A stretch of DNA of 62,974 nucleotides, filler included, from Stramenopiles sp. TOSAG23-6 (Eukaryota): the NCBI GenBank assembly GCA_900128565.1. It is 9 parts of 9 records of this genome, joined end to end, with 100 filler letters (N's around TTAATTAATTAA, not from the genome) between each part and the next. Parts side by side here need not be neighbours in the genome. Positions count along the whole stretch, not along the records: positions 1 to 8,593 come from LT636439.1; positions 8,694 to 17,284 come from LT636440.1; 7 more parts are not named here. One strand, 5' to 3'. Position 1 is the first letter of the stretch; each line of letters begins with the position of its first letter. Below, piece by piece: positions 1-12,924 of the stretch. The notes beneath the pieces are model-generated. The model was not told the DNA's origin. It searched no databases and saw only the letters and a list, made by a program, of their open reading frames with translations. Made by a program: the position numbers and the translations under genes.

Positions 1-4
1 GTAC

Positions 5-102
5 ATATATTGTGAAAAAATATTTTTTTTTTGATTTTGTTTTTGTTAGGTACGAAATTTCGTATGAAAAAAAAATAAATTCGAAATTAAAAAAAAACAT
101 AC
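5..102 (-). mobile_element. Repeated non-canonical intron (GTATGT...AATATAT)
   Basis: Family 5' motif, palindrome+CCTAAC core and 3' motif all present; only 4 nt of downstream exon are visible. Confidence 0.7.
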
Positions 103-3100
103 GCAAATCAAAAGGAATACATCGTATTGAGACCCGAGCAACATAGTCAAACACAACAGAGCTTACCAGAGATTCGTCATCATGAACGGCCCACACTTTC
201 TTTTCAACATCATCCTTTTCAAATGTACTTATTTGTATATCTTTTATCTCATTTGGTTTTTCATCTTGAACAATTTTACGTCTTTTAGCAGAAGAAGATT
301 CAACTTTAGTTTTTCTAGAAGATGAAGACCTAAATCTACCCGAGCGTCGACGTTTATAATTTTGTTTCGCCCTCGTTTCCGAAATTTTGTGAGGCCAATG
401 CCGCTTACTGCGCAATTGATTCTTTATTGCCTTGTAATCATTCGTGACATGATTTTCAAAGCAAAATTCACGTTTACCACCAAGGCTAATTTGACCCAAT
501 GTCCGCCATAAAGATTCCACAGAAGCAACAGATTCTAGTTTTATATATTCAACCTGGACATTTGAATCTTTGTTTTTATTAGATTTCGTAGGGATTCGAA
601 CTTTTCGCATAATCGTAAAATCGTGTTGGTCAATTCGTGGATCTTTTATATTTTCATTTTCAGATCTTTTTAGAACACCAAAGGCGAGCAATGTTCGTAA
701 TTCATATAATGTATTTTTATACCGAACTTCTTTTGGATAATTCAAATGTTTTGATATCAATTCTTTTTCATTTCTATCCAGGGATCCTATAGTTCGACAA
801 TGTTCAACAAGCTTCAAAATCTCATCATCAGCGTCTTCAATATCTTCTTCGTCTTGTTTTGTTATACCAAACACAGCAATAAAATCAACAACAGGCATTT
901 GGTCTAATACAGTATTCCAACAAAAAGATATAGAATCTTCTGTACTCGTCTCAGAAATTGGCACAACAGAAACAGCGTGTGGTATTACAGGAGTACTATA
1001 CATTGAATGACTACTCATAGGTACTACTGGTGCAGGAAACATTGAATGATTACTAATAGGTACTACTGGTGCAGGATACATTGAATGACTACTTATAGGT
1101 ACTACTGGTGCAGGATACATTGAATGACTACTCATAGGTACTACTACTGGTTGTGGTACCGAAATATCCGTAGGGTTTATTGAATGACAACTAATTGGTA
1201 CTACTACTGGATGTGGTGNCAAAGTGCTTGATGAATTNTTTGACAACAAATGCCGAAACAAAAATTGGTGAAGACGTTCGCCTCTTACAAACTTCTTTTT
1301 GGAGTACTTTCCTAGAAATCTAGCTCTATTAAAAGTTTCTTCATCCATAGTTTCTTGTTTTACACCAGGCGTTTTAGTAGGTTTGCTTTTCAATTTTCCA
1401 GCGTATTGTTTCTGAAGCGAATCAGCAACATTTGCACCCCCAGGGGATGTCGCAGATTTTTCTAACGGTATTCCCGTGACACGTTTCAAAGTGACCACTC
1501 GTTCTTTTAAGAGTTTATCCGTATAAAGGCCATGTACTCGCGCCAAGTAATCAGTAAAATTTAAACCATCAATTCCTTTAAATTTGCGACCTTTTTTGGT
1601 AAACGTAAACAAACTTTTCCGAATTACATACACATTTTTAATATGTTGCGCATGATCAGCTACAGCTACTTCTTCACAAATAAACTCATCACTAAGTTCA
1701 TTGACTCTTTTACGAACTGTTCGCTTATCAATCAAACCTGTACCATGTGTCGGTGCATTTCCCTTCGTCCTGTCGCTTTGTAACATTCGAACAACTTCAT
1801 GCATATGCACACAATCATTTTCATTTACATACGTACGAATCAAATCATGGCAATGTTCTTTGTATGGATCAATGATGTCATCAGAGTTTTTGCCGCCTTG
1901 TTTTATACATGTTGATGTGATTTTTGATGGAACTTCGACAACATTTTGTACTGCTACAGAAACTATTTGAGTAGCATTTGTACTTATTTGAGCATCGCAG
2001 ATGACAGGAATAACTGGAACGACTGCGACATTTCTAACAGAAGAACTCGATAGCGTTTTCGGTGCTGTGTTGTTCAATACAAGAGTTGCGTCTACTATAG
2101 GTGATATTGAACGTCGACGAGAATGACGACCACGTAGAGGCGTTCGTGGAGTTGATTTTTCTAAACTACCTAGTGTAGGGTCAAAATACATTAGCTTTGT
2201 CTGTTTACCAATTCGTTCTTTCCGAATTCGTAAATTCAAATTTGTTTTTGCAAAATTTAAATAATTTTGACTTATTTTAGGCTTCAAACAGAAATAACGT
2301 TGAATGTTTGCACATGAACTCCCTTGTGCACCCAACGACAAAACAGATCGAGAAATCTGGGAATATAAATTTTCACCTACAACATAACCAAAACCAAGTG
2401 TCAAAGGAGTTGTAAACTTCTTCATTTCTTCTGTCTCTTTTGTCATTGTAGCATTGTCTAACTCTGATTTTGGTCGCAACATGTATTATGAAAAAATATT
2501 TGTTTTTCGTAAAAAAAAATCGTTAGGTACAAAATTTCGTATGAAAATAAATAAATTTGAAATTGAAAAAAAAATAAAACATACATGATACAGAGCAACA
2601 CAGAATTTCTTCCACCCGATGCAAATTTTTTACGGAAGCTCCGGAATGGAAAATCAGGCTTTTCATTATTTTCTGAAATCCAAGATGTTACTTGACCCCA
2701 ACCATTTTTACCCGAAGGGACCTTTATTTTCTTTTTCAAAAGTTCTGCAATCAAAACTTGACCGTCCGCTTTCAACAACGCTTCACGAAGTCTCCGAATT
2801 AACTCTGTTTTGTCATCACGTTTATAAAATGGTTGCATATTGGGTGCATTCTTTGCTAAATACCAACGATATGTTTGCTTTGGCATAAACCTTGTAATTA
2901 ATCCAACAGGTCCGAGTCGTGAAGTTCGTAAATGTAAGTTTCCAGATCCTTCATTATTTCTTCTTTTTGTTACAGCTTTTGCAGCATCTTTGATATTCAC
3001 TCCCCTACGGCCAGATCCCACGATTACTTCAAGGAAAGGAATGTCGCTAGAGAGAGGAAGTCCTTCTCGATATTGGATTCCAGAACATTTATACCAAAGC

Positions 3101-3414
3101 CGACGCTTAGCAACTACGATAACACCAAAATTGATCGCTTCATCTACCGTGCCCACAAGAATATTTTGAGGCAGGGGTTTTCCATGTTTGTCACCTATAT
3201 CTAAATTTGACAATCTCTTGAATCTAGATGAACCTTTTTGTGTCAAAGCAGACCAAATCATTAAAGGGAGACACTTTGAAAGTGTGTCAGGGGCAGACGT
3301 TGGAGTAAAGTCACCTGATATAGACTTCGATTTCAACTTTTCTAATGCAACTCCTTCGCTACAAAAAGAGGCGACGAAATCTTCAATACCTTGCATAATG
3401 CTATGCATACTCAT
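103..3414 (-). CDS. Large nuclear protein, probable TFIIIC subunit 1 (B-block binding)-like; exons 3414-2585 and 2480-103, continues beyond the window
   Basis: Removing intron 2481-2584 joins ...LCIM|LRPKSE... into a long frame; the phase matches at both ends. LEVIVGSGRRG...LGPVGLI resembles the B-block winged-helix segment (recalled family similarity). Confidence 0.5.
995..1215 (-). repeat. Coding tandem repeat, ~39-bp unit (PMSSHSMYPAPVV-like), ~5 degenerate copies
   Basis: Repeated attgaatgactactcataggtactactggt. Confidence 0.85.
2481..2584 (-). mobile_element. Repeated non-canonical intron, 104 nt (AT|GTATGT...AATACAT|)
   Basis: Family motifs; removal restores the reading frame. Confidence 0.88.
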
Positions 3415-3852
3415 TTGATAAACCACTATAACCACAAAGTTCCAATCAAAATAATGTAATGCTATGGAAATTTGGCTTTCTCTCAAATGCTGCGCAGTTT
3501 CTTAGAAGATGCTCTCTGCCTCTGGCCGTTTTTTTTTTTGCTACCGGGACACTGGATGGAATATACGTCGGTTAGTTTAAGTATTATTAGGGTTAGGGTT
3601 AAAAAGCTCGAGCGCGAGTTAGGGTTAGGGGTTGTTGCGCGCATTTGCTCGAAACTCTCTCGGGACAAACGAAGGAAAGACAACACTCTGCATGCTTTGC
3701 TGAATGTTTTTCGCGCTCTAAATTGTAACCTTTGTTCAGTTTTTCTGAATTCACTTATAGGAGAGTATAGACGAGGGTTTACGTGGTATTTCGCAAAGAA
3801 TCAAAAGTAATAGCTAAAGTAGTATATATAGATAACAGTAAATTTAGCAAAG

Positions 3853-4299
3853 ATGAATATGGACACAGATCCACCAAATAGAAACTTCGTTACCGCGGGC
3901 TTCCCTTTGACGCAGACACCGACAGTATGCACATTGGCGAGTATCAACCACAGCAAAATATCTAATTATAGACAAAATGCATATGTTGGATTCGGTCCTG
4001 CATATTGTGAAAAAGAAAATTATGCACGTCAAAAGGTTCCGCAGTGTTCATTTCCAAAAATGGCTATAGACTCATATTTTGACGAAAATACAAAACCACC
4101 GCAAAGCCCCACTAGTTCAATGAATTGTGATTCAGAAATATACACTGAAAAATCACAACCCAACTTTTACCATGTTTCTAGTAATCAGCGTCCAATTCGT
4201 TACAAAAGAAAATATTCCTCTGTTGATTTAAATAATCATTTCCACAACTTTGATGATCAGCGACAGAAGAAAACACGTTATACTCAAGAATATATATGA
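3853..4299 (+). CDS. Hypothetical protein, 148 aa
   Basis: ATG-initiated ORF divergent from the upstream gene; no family recognised. Confidence 0.5.
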   Translation: MNMDTDPPNRNFVTAGFPLTQTPTVCTLASINHSKISNYRQNAYVGFGPAYCEKENYARQKVPQCSFPKMAIDSYFDENTKPPQSPTSSMNCDSEIYTEKSQPNFYHVSSNQRPIRYKRKYSSVDLNNHFHNFDDQRQKKTRYTQEYI

Positions 4300-4520
4300 G
4301 CAATCAGATAAAGAAGTACAAATACCTATAAGTATTCTTTTGTTGAGGTTGAATATGTGTCGTATACTTTATTATATAATAGTAAAAATAAAATCTGGAA
4401 TGTGTACAATTACTAAAATATTGCTAAATAGTTTGTATGACAACTTTTTTTCAAATTTTCAAATTTTCAAATTTGAAAATTTTTAAAATTTGACGACGTA
4501 CCCCGCTGTACCCCAAAGGT

Positions 4521-5312
4521 ATGTGCTACTCAATTACACTGTATTTACCGGTCATTAGAATGGTAAAAACTCACACTCAATATACTGTCAAAGGTTATAA
4601 ACATGTCGATCGGTTTTCACGAGCAAGGCGGCTGATAAGTATATTTGACTCGGGTATCTGTCTCAGTGGTAGTTTTGGTTGGCTTTTCGCAAATTTCCAC
4701 GACTTCTACTTTCAATATGGATGTATAGCTTATTTTGTGGGTTGCATACTTAACTTCTTGGTAGTACTTCAAGAGTATTGCATTCTTCCAAAAACAGAGG
4801 CCATTGAAAAACGCTATTTAATAATAGTGGCAATGGGGCATTTTCTTTATTCTTTTGGGACAATTTTTTTATTTGACGGAGTACGCGAGTATACATCAAT
4901 ATTCGGTGAATGGAAAGTGGGAATCACTTTTACTGTTGGCAGTATCTTTTTCCTAGTAGCGGATAGAATTTATGCAAGAAAAGCTCCACCACCAGAAGGT
5001 AATGTCAAAAAAACAATATGTGGAATACGAAAATATGTTTTAGTCGAAGAAGTTGATCACATATGCTCTATGAATTTTCTAATGGGCTCTTGTCTATTCA
5101 TCCCTGTTGCCTGTGATGTACAGGCTGAGTTCCAATTTGGTACTCTACTATTTATAATTGGAGGCTTCATCCATCTTTCAAAGGCAATAATTATGGAATT
5201 CATATCAATTACAACGAAAACTGATGGAACAAAAACTGGAAACATTAGAGAACAAACTGGAAAACAAATACGAAACGTAGCGATATCGATAACGCTGAAA
5301 AGTAAGGGTTAG
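4521..5312 (+). CDS. Multi-pass membrane protein (YrhK-like hydrophobic pairs)
   Basis: About 6 hydrophobic segments, e.g. FLMGSCLF...GTLLFIIGG; the stop codon lies in a TTAGGG tract. Confidence 0.65.
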   Translation: MCYSITLYLPVIRMVKTHTQYTVKGYKHVDRFSRARRLISIFDSGICLSGSFGWLFANFHDFYFQYGCIAYFVGCILNFLVVLQEYCILPKTEAIEKRYLIIVAMGHFLYSFGTIFLFDGVREYTSIFGEWKVGITFTVGSIFFLVADRIYARKAPPPEGNVKKTICGIRKYVLVEEVDHICSMNFLMGSCLFIPVACDVQAEFQFGTLLFIIGGFIHLSKAIIMEFISITTKTDGTKTGNIREQTGKQIRNVAISITLKSKG

Positions 5313-5330
5313 GGTTAGGGTTAGGGTTAG
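5305..5330 (+). repeat. Interstitial telomeric repeat (TTAGGG)n
   Basis: agggttagggttagggttagggttag. Confidence 0.9.
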
Positions 5331-5449
5331 CTATAGTAGTGAAGGCTATAAATTTTATCCTTCACGCATATGGGATATGGATATCGATAAGATAAATGTT
5401 ATTAAGATAAATGTTTAAGATTTCGTGTTCTCCAATATGGTAGTGAAGA

Positions 5450-7605
5450 CTAAAAAACTTATTTAAACATAAAATTTTAAGTTTTTAAGTATGAAAATTT
5501 GTATACTTTTTGATAAGTAAGAAAATTCGTATACTTCTTGTAAATTACAGTTTCACTTTCATTTACTTTAATGTACTAAATAAGAATTATTAGGTATAAA
5601 ATGTTGTATACAATAATGTCTAAATATAAGATTTCGTATACATTTGTTATTATATTAATCTCCTATGAAATGTTGTATACAATTTCTTGATTTCGTTAAG
5701 TATAGAATTTCGTATACAATTTCTTGATTTCGTTAAGTATATAATTTCGTATACATTTGTTATTTTGTTTGTATATATTGGAAAAAAAATTTGTTTTTGA
5801 GTTGAATTTTTAATTTAAAACGAAATTATTCTATTTAAAAATGTGGATTATACACATGATATTTAAATACATGTTGCAGAGGTTGTTATTTTACAATAGA
5901 GTCATTTTATAACATATAAAACATCGTATAGATTTGAAATTAATTTCATATGAAATGTTGTATAAAATTTCTTCATTTAAGTATAAAAAATTGTATATTT
6001 GTTATTTTCTTTGAAAATATTAAAAATTTGTTTTTGAGTTTACTTTTTAATTTAAAAGGAAATTTTATTTAAGAATGGGAATTATGCATATGATCTAAGT
6101 ACATGTTGTAGAGGTTGTAGAAGTAGTTCTACGAATACTACCAGAATGTACCCAACCACCCCAACAAAATACAACAGCTATTTTTACTATAGGACACTTC
6201 CCTTAAAAAGTTAATGACCACGCAGTTTTATTTGAGTTTGAAGGAACAATTGCTTTCATTGTTGAGTGAGGAACTTTACCAGCTTTAAAGACAATAAATG
6301 ACAATGTTGAAAAAATTATTGAAATGAATGGTTTTTTTTGAGATTTCGTAGAGTGTCTATAGCTGTAGAGTTGTGTTTGTTTTATTTTTACTGAAAATGT
6401 CATTCCACTTTTTGCTGTTTTTAACTATATAGCCACACCTGGTATATGCTGTTTTGTCCGGTGGATCTTTATGATTGAATGAAGCATAATTACAAGTTAA
6501 CATTGATCAATAAATTGTTTTTCATCAGATGCCAATAACCCAAAAACAAATACAACCGCATATCAGGAATGTAAACCTAAAAATGAACAAATGGGAATTA
6601 TTAATTATTGATATTGTAAATTTATTACAAAGACACAACTTCAATATAAACATTCAACAATAAACTTCTTACAATAAATTGTTTTTCATCTATTGAAACA
6701 AATTACAATAATACAAACAGTCCATTTTAACCATACAACAATTATATACTATATCCTCATATACTACAAATTACAATCTATTATTCACATAAAACAATAA
6801 CCACATATCATTTAACATCAAACAAAATGAAAAATAAAAAATAAAAATGCGTGAAGATCAACTTAAAAGTTTATTTATAAAATTTTAAGTTTTTAGGTAT
6901 GAAAATTCGTATACTTTTTGATAAGTAAGAAAATTCGTATACTTCTTGTAAATTGCAGTTTCAATTTTAGCTTTATTTAGTTTCGTTTAGGTATGAAAAT
7001 TCGTATACTTTTTGAAAATTCGTATACTTTTCGTTAGGTATAAAATTTCGTATACAATTGTTACATTTCGTATATAGTATTACGTTGTTCAAAAGCTCGA
7101 GTTTCACTTTCACTTAGTTTGATGTATAATTTTGTTGTTTTGTAAAATTTATGAAATGTGCTTAATTTCTATAGTTTTTGTTGTATAAAATCGATAAAAC
7201 TATTATTGAACTATACGCAAGGTATTATCAAAAACCAATATATTTTCGGATTGACCAACACAAAAGATATTACTTTGTTGAAGGAGCTAAAAATTATTAG
7301 CTCCAGAAAGACTTTCTAATGGGGAACACACATCAACAATGTAAACTTAAAAATGAAGAACGGGGATTATTTATCATTGATATTGTAAATTTACATTATC
7401 ACAATGTAGAAATCCAACAATAAATTTCTCACAATAAACCTCACTTCATTTTTAAAACAAATTACAATATGTGTATATACAATATTTAACACACAACAAT
7501 TATTGAAAATATTATGTCATATCAAACAATCTCATATTTAGGACCTAACAAATTTCAAATTAAACCAAATCAAAAATAAAAATGCGTGAAGATCAACCTA
7601 AAGTT
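5450..7605. repeat. Non-coding AT-rich block of degenerate direct repeats with arrays of TTARGTATRAAATTCGTATAC
   Basis: 5470-5560 ~ 6878-6965; 6570-6870 ~ 7340-7605; 5760-5885 ~ 5998-6118. Confidence 0.8.
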
Positions 7606-8161
7606 TTATAATAATACTAACCAAAATGATCGGGTTAATCCATTTAAGGTATATAGTAATCAAAATACACACATTAGAACATATTACGACGCAAATAATC
7701 CATTTCATGTATATAGTAATCAAAATACACACAGTGGAACGTATTACAACGCAAATAATTCAGTGAACTCAGCATGCAACGCATACGCTAAAAACTCAAA
7801 TCGTGTGTACAGTCACAATCACTATGATTTCAGAGTGTATAATGGAAATGATTGCTGGAAATCATGTGGGCAGCGGTTCAGGATATCAAGTGATGATGCG
7901 GATAGCAACTCTGATTATGATAACTGGATATCATGTGGGCAGCAGCTTGATGATAATAGTAGAGACGTTGACAGTCAATGCAGTGAAACATCCAACCAGC
8001 AGATACATGATAGTAATAGTGAACAAAATCTCAGTGATAATGGGGATGAGAGCGGTAATACTTACGATAATTATGAAACTTACGATAATTATGAAGACGG
8101 ATCGGACGTACAAAATTTCAGTGATAATGAGGATGAGAGTGATAAAAATTCATTATACTAA
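7586..8161 (+). CDS. Possible low-complexity N/D/Y-rich protein with internal repeats
   Basis: 191-codon ORF with GTG start inside a repeat; true start unclear. Confidence 0.3.
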   Translation: MKINLKFYNNTNQNDRVNPFKVYSNQNTHIRTYYDANNPFHVYSNQNTHSGTYYNANNSVNSACNAYAKNSNRVYSHNHYDFRVYNGNDCWKSCGQRFRISSDDADSNSDYDNWISCGQQLDDNSRDVDSQCSETSNQQIHDSNSEQNLSDNGDESGNTYDNYETYDNYEDGSDVQNFSDNEDESDKNSLY

Positions 8162-8185
8162 GACTAAAAATTTAAATAACGTCAC

Positions 8186-8219
<34 letters not shown>

Positions 8220-8593
8220 CGATACCCAAGTCATATTGAAATTATAGGCATGTGGGCAGTATAATTATCAAACACATACCAGAAATAAACTTATCAACAC
8301 TTATTGTAAAACATAGACTACAAATCAGACAAAACTAGTAAATACAAACAAAATCAATCATATTACTGTACTCTTGGGCGGCTGAGCATAAAACAGCGAA
8401 ACTTTGTCTGGTAGCATTGAAATTTCCTGAAATTTCAACCACGTCATATTTGGTACAAAATTTATGTACGGGGCATTGGAATTTTTGAAATTTGCATTAT
8501 TTCTTACAAATTTCTTGAAATTTATGTCATTTTCACATGATTTTTCAGCCCCAACACTAAAATTTGTTAGGTACAAAATTATCTACGAAAAAA

Positions 8594-8693
8594 NNNNNNN
8601 NNNNNNNNNNNNNNNNNNNNNNNNNNNNNNNNNNNNNTTAATTAATTAANNNNNNNNNNNNNNNNNNNNNNNNNNNNNNNNNNNNNNNNNNNN
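8594..8693. other. Artificial contig spacer N-TTAATTAATTAA-N (also at 17285-17384, 25975-26075, 34642-34741, 43296-43395, 51943-52042, 60582-60681, 61779-61878)
   Basis: Identical six-frame-stop linker flanked by Ns; the first seven contigs are ~8.5-8.6 kb in descending size order. Confidence 0.97.
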
Positions 8694-8763
8694 TTTGTTA
8701 GGTACAAAATTTCGTACGAAAAATAAATTCGATTTTTTTGTAAAAAAATAAAATAAAACATAC

Positions 8764-9641
8764 ATGTATTGTGTGTTATAATTCTTATTCTTTTTTGTAT
8801 TGTTACATTGTATCATCCAGATATCTCCTTTATGAATTAAAAATAACTGTTTTGGGCGAAAACTATTTTGTTTCGATGCTTTATATCTATTTTTCTTATC
8901 AGTACACAATATTTCAGTTTCTACTTCAGTTTCTTTACACCATTCAACAGCTTCGAATCCTTGATCTAATCTAAGCCTTTCTCGACGCATTTGCTCATCG
9001 ATGGAAATTTTAAAGTTTGGTTTCTCCGCGTTACAATAAAAAGGCGTATTAGAAAGTAAAGAATATTCGGGTTCAGATACACTTCTTGCGTTGCTTGTTC
9101 CATCTACGCAACTATTATCATCTATTTCAAGAATGTGTAAAGAAGGGTTGCTAGAAGGAGAAGACATCTTTGAACTGGTATTATGTAGAATAGAAGCTGA
9201 AGAAGTATCGTTATCATTGACTGGAATAGAAAAATTTTGTACAAAAGATAGTAAAGAATCATCAGGAGAAAATTGAAATGAATGTGGTATTTCTGGTCTT
9301 TTCAAAGGGTCTTTGGTACTTTCGATTATTGAGTCAATTTGGGCCTCAACAAGCTGTGGCTTCCCACCTATAACCTTTTCTGTATTTTGAACCCAACTTT
9401 GTACAAAATTGAACGCAGAAAAAGGCTGTTTACAAGCTCCCTGAGAAGCAATACCATCAGTACTAGTACTTATACTAGATATACATCTCTTCTTCCCATT
9501 CGGAATTGCATTACTATTGTCAATCTCTGAAATAGGTCGAAGTTTATTGACGGTACTCACAACTTTCGACTCCTTATAGCGATTTATTGTAGCGCCTCTT
9601 GAGGATAAGCCTGGTATTTTTTGCTTGTGGTTATGGGACAT
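8764..9641 (-). CDS. Hypothetical Ser-rich protein, first exon; 3' truncated in a family intron (8694-8763)
   Basis: ATG ORF running to ...QYM at AT|GTATGT. Confidence 0.7.
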
Positions 9642-9924
9642 TTACCTATAAATATGAAACGAAAAGTCTAATAATAGACTTACTAATAAAAAGAAACGAT
9701 CTTTTTGATTTGACGACAAGGGACAACGTCAAAAGCGAAACGTTCAAAATTTATTCGTCGAATTTTTACGATAAAATTAACGTATTACGTACTAGTACTA
9801 CCGTATAACCACACTACGACCACGGGTGTACCAAATAATATCTTCTGAAAGGAATAAATCGGGAATAAATGAACATTTGATGATGCAAATCGTTGTGTAA
9901 TGTGCAGGCTGTTTTAAAGTGACA

Positions 9925-10299
9925 ATGGATGCAATCTTCTTCTTTGACTTTATTGGATATGTCGGCTCTTTTTTGTATTGCATAATGTATATACCCCAAA
10001 TTGTGAAAGTGTACGTCAGCAAGAGCGCTGGTGATTTGAGTTATATGATGTTATTTACGTCTTTTTTCGCAGCCACTTCGACATTAATATACTCCGTGGG
10101 AATCACGTCTACTCCTTTCTTACTTACTGGTATCATCAACTCAATACAGCTTATGATACTCATCTATATGAAGTACTATTACGGAATGGACGAAAGAAAA
10201 ACAAAAGATACAAAAGATATCATCGTCACTGTCAACACTCAAAACAATAATGCCCTCGATAGTGTGTTACCCACACAAGTGCTGAAGTTGCACAATTAG
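9925..10299 (+). CDS. PQ-loop / SemiSWEET-like 3-TM protein
   Basis: YIPQIVKVYVSKSAGDLSYMML PQ-loop motif and three hydrophobic helices. Confidence 0.8.
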   Translation: MDAIFFFDFIGYVGSFLYCIMYIPQIVKVYVSKSAGDLSYMMLFTSFFAATSTLIYSVGITSTPFLLTGIINSIQLMILIYMKYYYGMDERKTKDTKDIIVTVNTQNNNALDSVLPTQVLKLHN

Positions 10300-10406
10300 T
10301 TACTGAAAAATCAACAATCGAATAAATTTTGTTTGACTTTGCTTTATCATATAAGTTTTGAATTTTATTCATTTCTAAATATCATTTTTGTTTTGTATCA
10401 ATCGAA

Positions 10407-12565
10407 TCAATCAAGCTCAATGGCATTATCTGCACTACCAAAAATGCAGTTGTTTGACCCATCTTCATCATCAGAATCCAAATTAATCACATCAGTTGAA
10501 TTCGAAGTTGAATTCGAACTTCCACTAGTACTAGTACTACCATTATCGTTGCTATCTTTTGACAACTTCTGTTTTTTAGAAGTACTTGATGATTCACATG
10601 AACTGCGTTTCCGTTTAGTACCTTTTACTGGTGGCAAACTTTCAGTAGCATCAAGTGTATTTTTACATGCAATAACCTCCAAAACTTCAGTAGCATCATC
10701 TTCATCTTCAATTCCTTTTGATTCTTTTGGACTGGTAGGGTTAGGGTTTGTAGTAATTGTTCCACGCTTTCCAGTTAAAGAAAAATATTCAGGATATTTT
10801 TCAACATCAAAATCAATATTATTTTTATGTTTTACATATATATCACATGAACAATCCTGTGAAAAATCCGAAACACTTAGTCTAACTCCCTCTTTTATTC
10901 CACCAGCAGGTAAATCGCAAAGAAGACTTTGAAGATGTTCTTGTCCAAGACCATCTTCACCTGATTCGAAGATCGTTGCTATTCCGCCACTTTCAGTTTG
11001 CATGTCTATATCAGGAGAATTAAATGCAAGTCCATTTTGAGCTGTGAGAACTTTATCTACCAAAGTTTGTAATGTTACAGTTTTTGTATCAATCGTAAGT
11101 TCCATTATTCCAACGCCAGAGTTACAGACATAACAACTTGGAAAAGGCGCCATTGCCTCAGCCCCACACAATAATTGTTTCTTCCGATTACGTTCTCGAA
11201 GAATCCAAACTTTTTTACAGCATTCTCGTAATGGTTTTACTACACCTCCTTCAATATTAGCATTAGCTGAATTAGCCAATATTTTAAATGCTTCAAGCAC
11301 TTGAAGCCCAGCTGTTATGGCATTAGTAGTTGCAACGGCTGGGATAATATTGCCTGCAATTTCCTTTATCTTAAAAGTACTCTGTAATTCAATTCCAAAA
11401 GAATACGACCGAAGATTTGCTGCTGATGTAACAAAATCTAAACCAATTTTTTCATCTTTATCCCATACAGCCTTACCAATAATTTCACGGTTTTTTAAAT
11501 ACATTTCCACTATACAATCTATAAAAGATATAGCACATTCAGCTGGAGTTTGAGTCCTTTGTGACTGAAGTGCATGTGATGATGTTGTATTCGTTTCTGC
11601 AGTTGTCTTGATTAAGTTTTCAAAATCAATTGGAATAGGTTTTCGTTTTGCTCCTTTATACATATCACTCATTGACAATTTCTTTTCAATCTCTTTCTTA
11701 AATATGGCAGAGAAAACTTCATAAGCGTATTTTTTTATTTCTTCTTTTGAATCGTTTTCTTTTGGTTGGCTATCAATAGTATTCATTTATTTTGGAAAAA
11801 TATTCTTTTTTGATTTTTTTTGTTTTTTTATGTTAGGTACGAAATTTGCTATGAAAAAAAACATTAATTCCTGATTAGGGTTAGGGTTAACACATACATA
11901 TATACGGAGGTGGTCTCGGAGACATCCTCCCACATCATTGACTCATCTCGTTTTCCAAAAAGTAATTTATAAAATTCTTTTGCCCATACAATACAATGCA
12001 CTGGTTTGCTTGGAGTGCTACGAATTGTGCAAATTGGATACGTCTTCAAACTTTGGCGAGTCTCACAGTCGAAACATTTCGTGTCGCCTTTTTTAATGAC
12101 TTCAACCTGTCCAGTATCGCCTGTTGTACCACTCTCAATGAGCGGGACTTCAGCGGCAAGACACAAACGATTGACATGCCGCCGCGCCTCAAGGTTATCT
12201 AATGCATTGAAAACAATTGTAAATTTCTTGAAATAGTCTACACTAAACTTTCCCTGCTTTACATTTCCGTGGTGGGAAATTACATTAACAGATGGGTTAA
12301 AGGTAAGAATAGCTTCCCGAGCTATTTTTGACTTTGATTTGCCTACATGCCACTTTCTGAACAAAAACTGCCGATTTAGATTAGACACGTCAATGGTATC
12401 CAGATCAATGACTTCAATTGACTTAAATCCGGACAAAACGAGATTTTTGAGAAGCTCGCAGCCAATGCCTCCAGCACCGACAACACATACTTTTGCCGCA
12501 GAAACTTCCGTACAAACACCAGTACCAAGGGCTAAAGGAAGATTTGAGTCACGCTCGTTCATCAT
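10407..12565 (-). CDS. UBA2: SUMO-activating enzyme subunit 2; exons 12565-11898 and 11784-10407
   Basis: [39 protein letters not shown] (catalytic Cys), [14 protein letters not shown]-terminal ubiquitin-fold domain. Confidence 0.95.
11785..11897 (-). mobile_element. Repeated non-canonical intron, 113 nt (AT|GTATGT...AATAAAT|), containing CCCTAA repeats
   Basis: Removal gives in-frame ...TSVYM|NTID... in UBA2. Confidence 0.9.
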
Positions 12566-12924
12566 TTTCTCGTAAAATGGTAATTATAGAGCAATCAATA
12601 TCTGTGAAAATAAGATTCAAAATTAGAATTGTCCTTAGTTAATTTCCTCGAACTATTCCGTATTGTATTTTAATATCGATATATAGGTCCTACGTAGCTA
12701 GTAAGCATGCCGGTTGATTGTTTTTGACGTGAGTCAAAAAAAGGATTCAAGATTTCGTGTTTTTAACCGTTCGTCATGTGTGTGTAACGGGATTTTCTAC
12801 AACTTTACAGTAGGATACGAATTTCTGAATTTCTATTCCTCTGTGATTAGAATGATTGAGAGCACCAGTTATTGAAATTATTTCCAATATAGCAATACTA
12901 TTTACTTTGAAATAAGCAAGTATA

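Noticed and set aside
2481-2584. Ciliate-like internally eliminated sequences
   Set aside because: Sense-strand orientation plus 5' splice and branch motifs point to RNA splicing. This is not fully excluded without reads.
5450-7100. CRISPR array
   Set aside because: Repeats are degenerate with irregular spacing, the context is eukaryotic, and there are no cas genes.
8638-8649. Recurrent TTAATTAATTAA motif
   Set aside because: Artificial linker. Gene neighbourhoods across linkers are meaningless.
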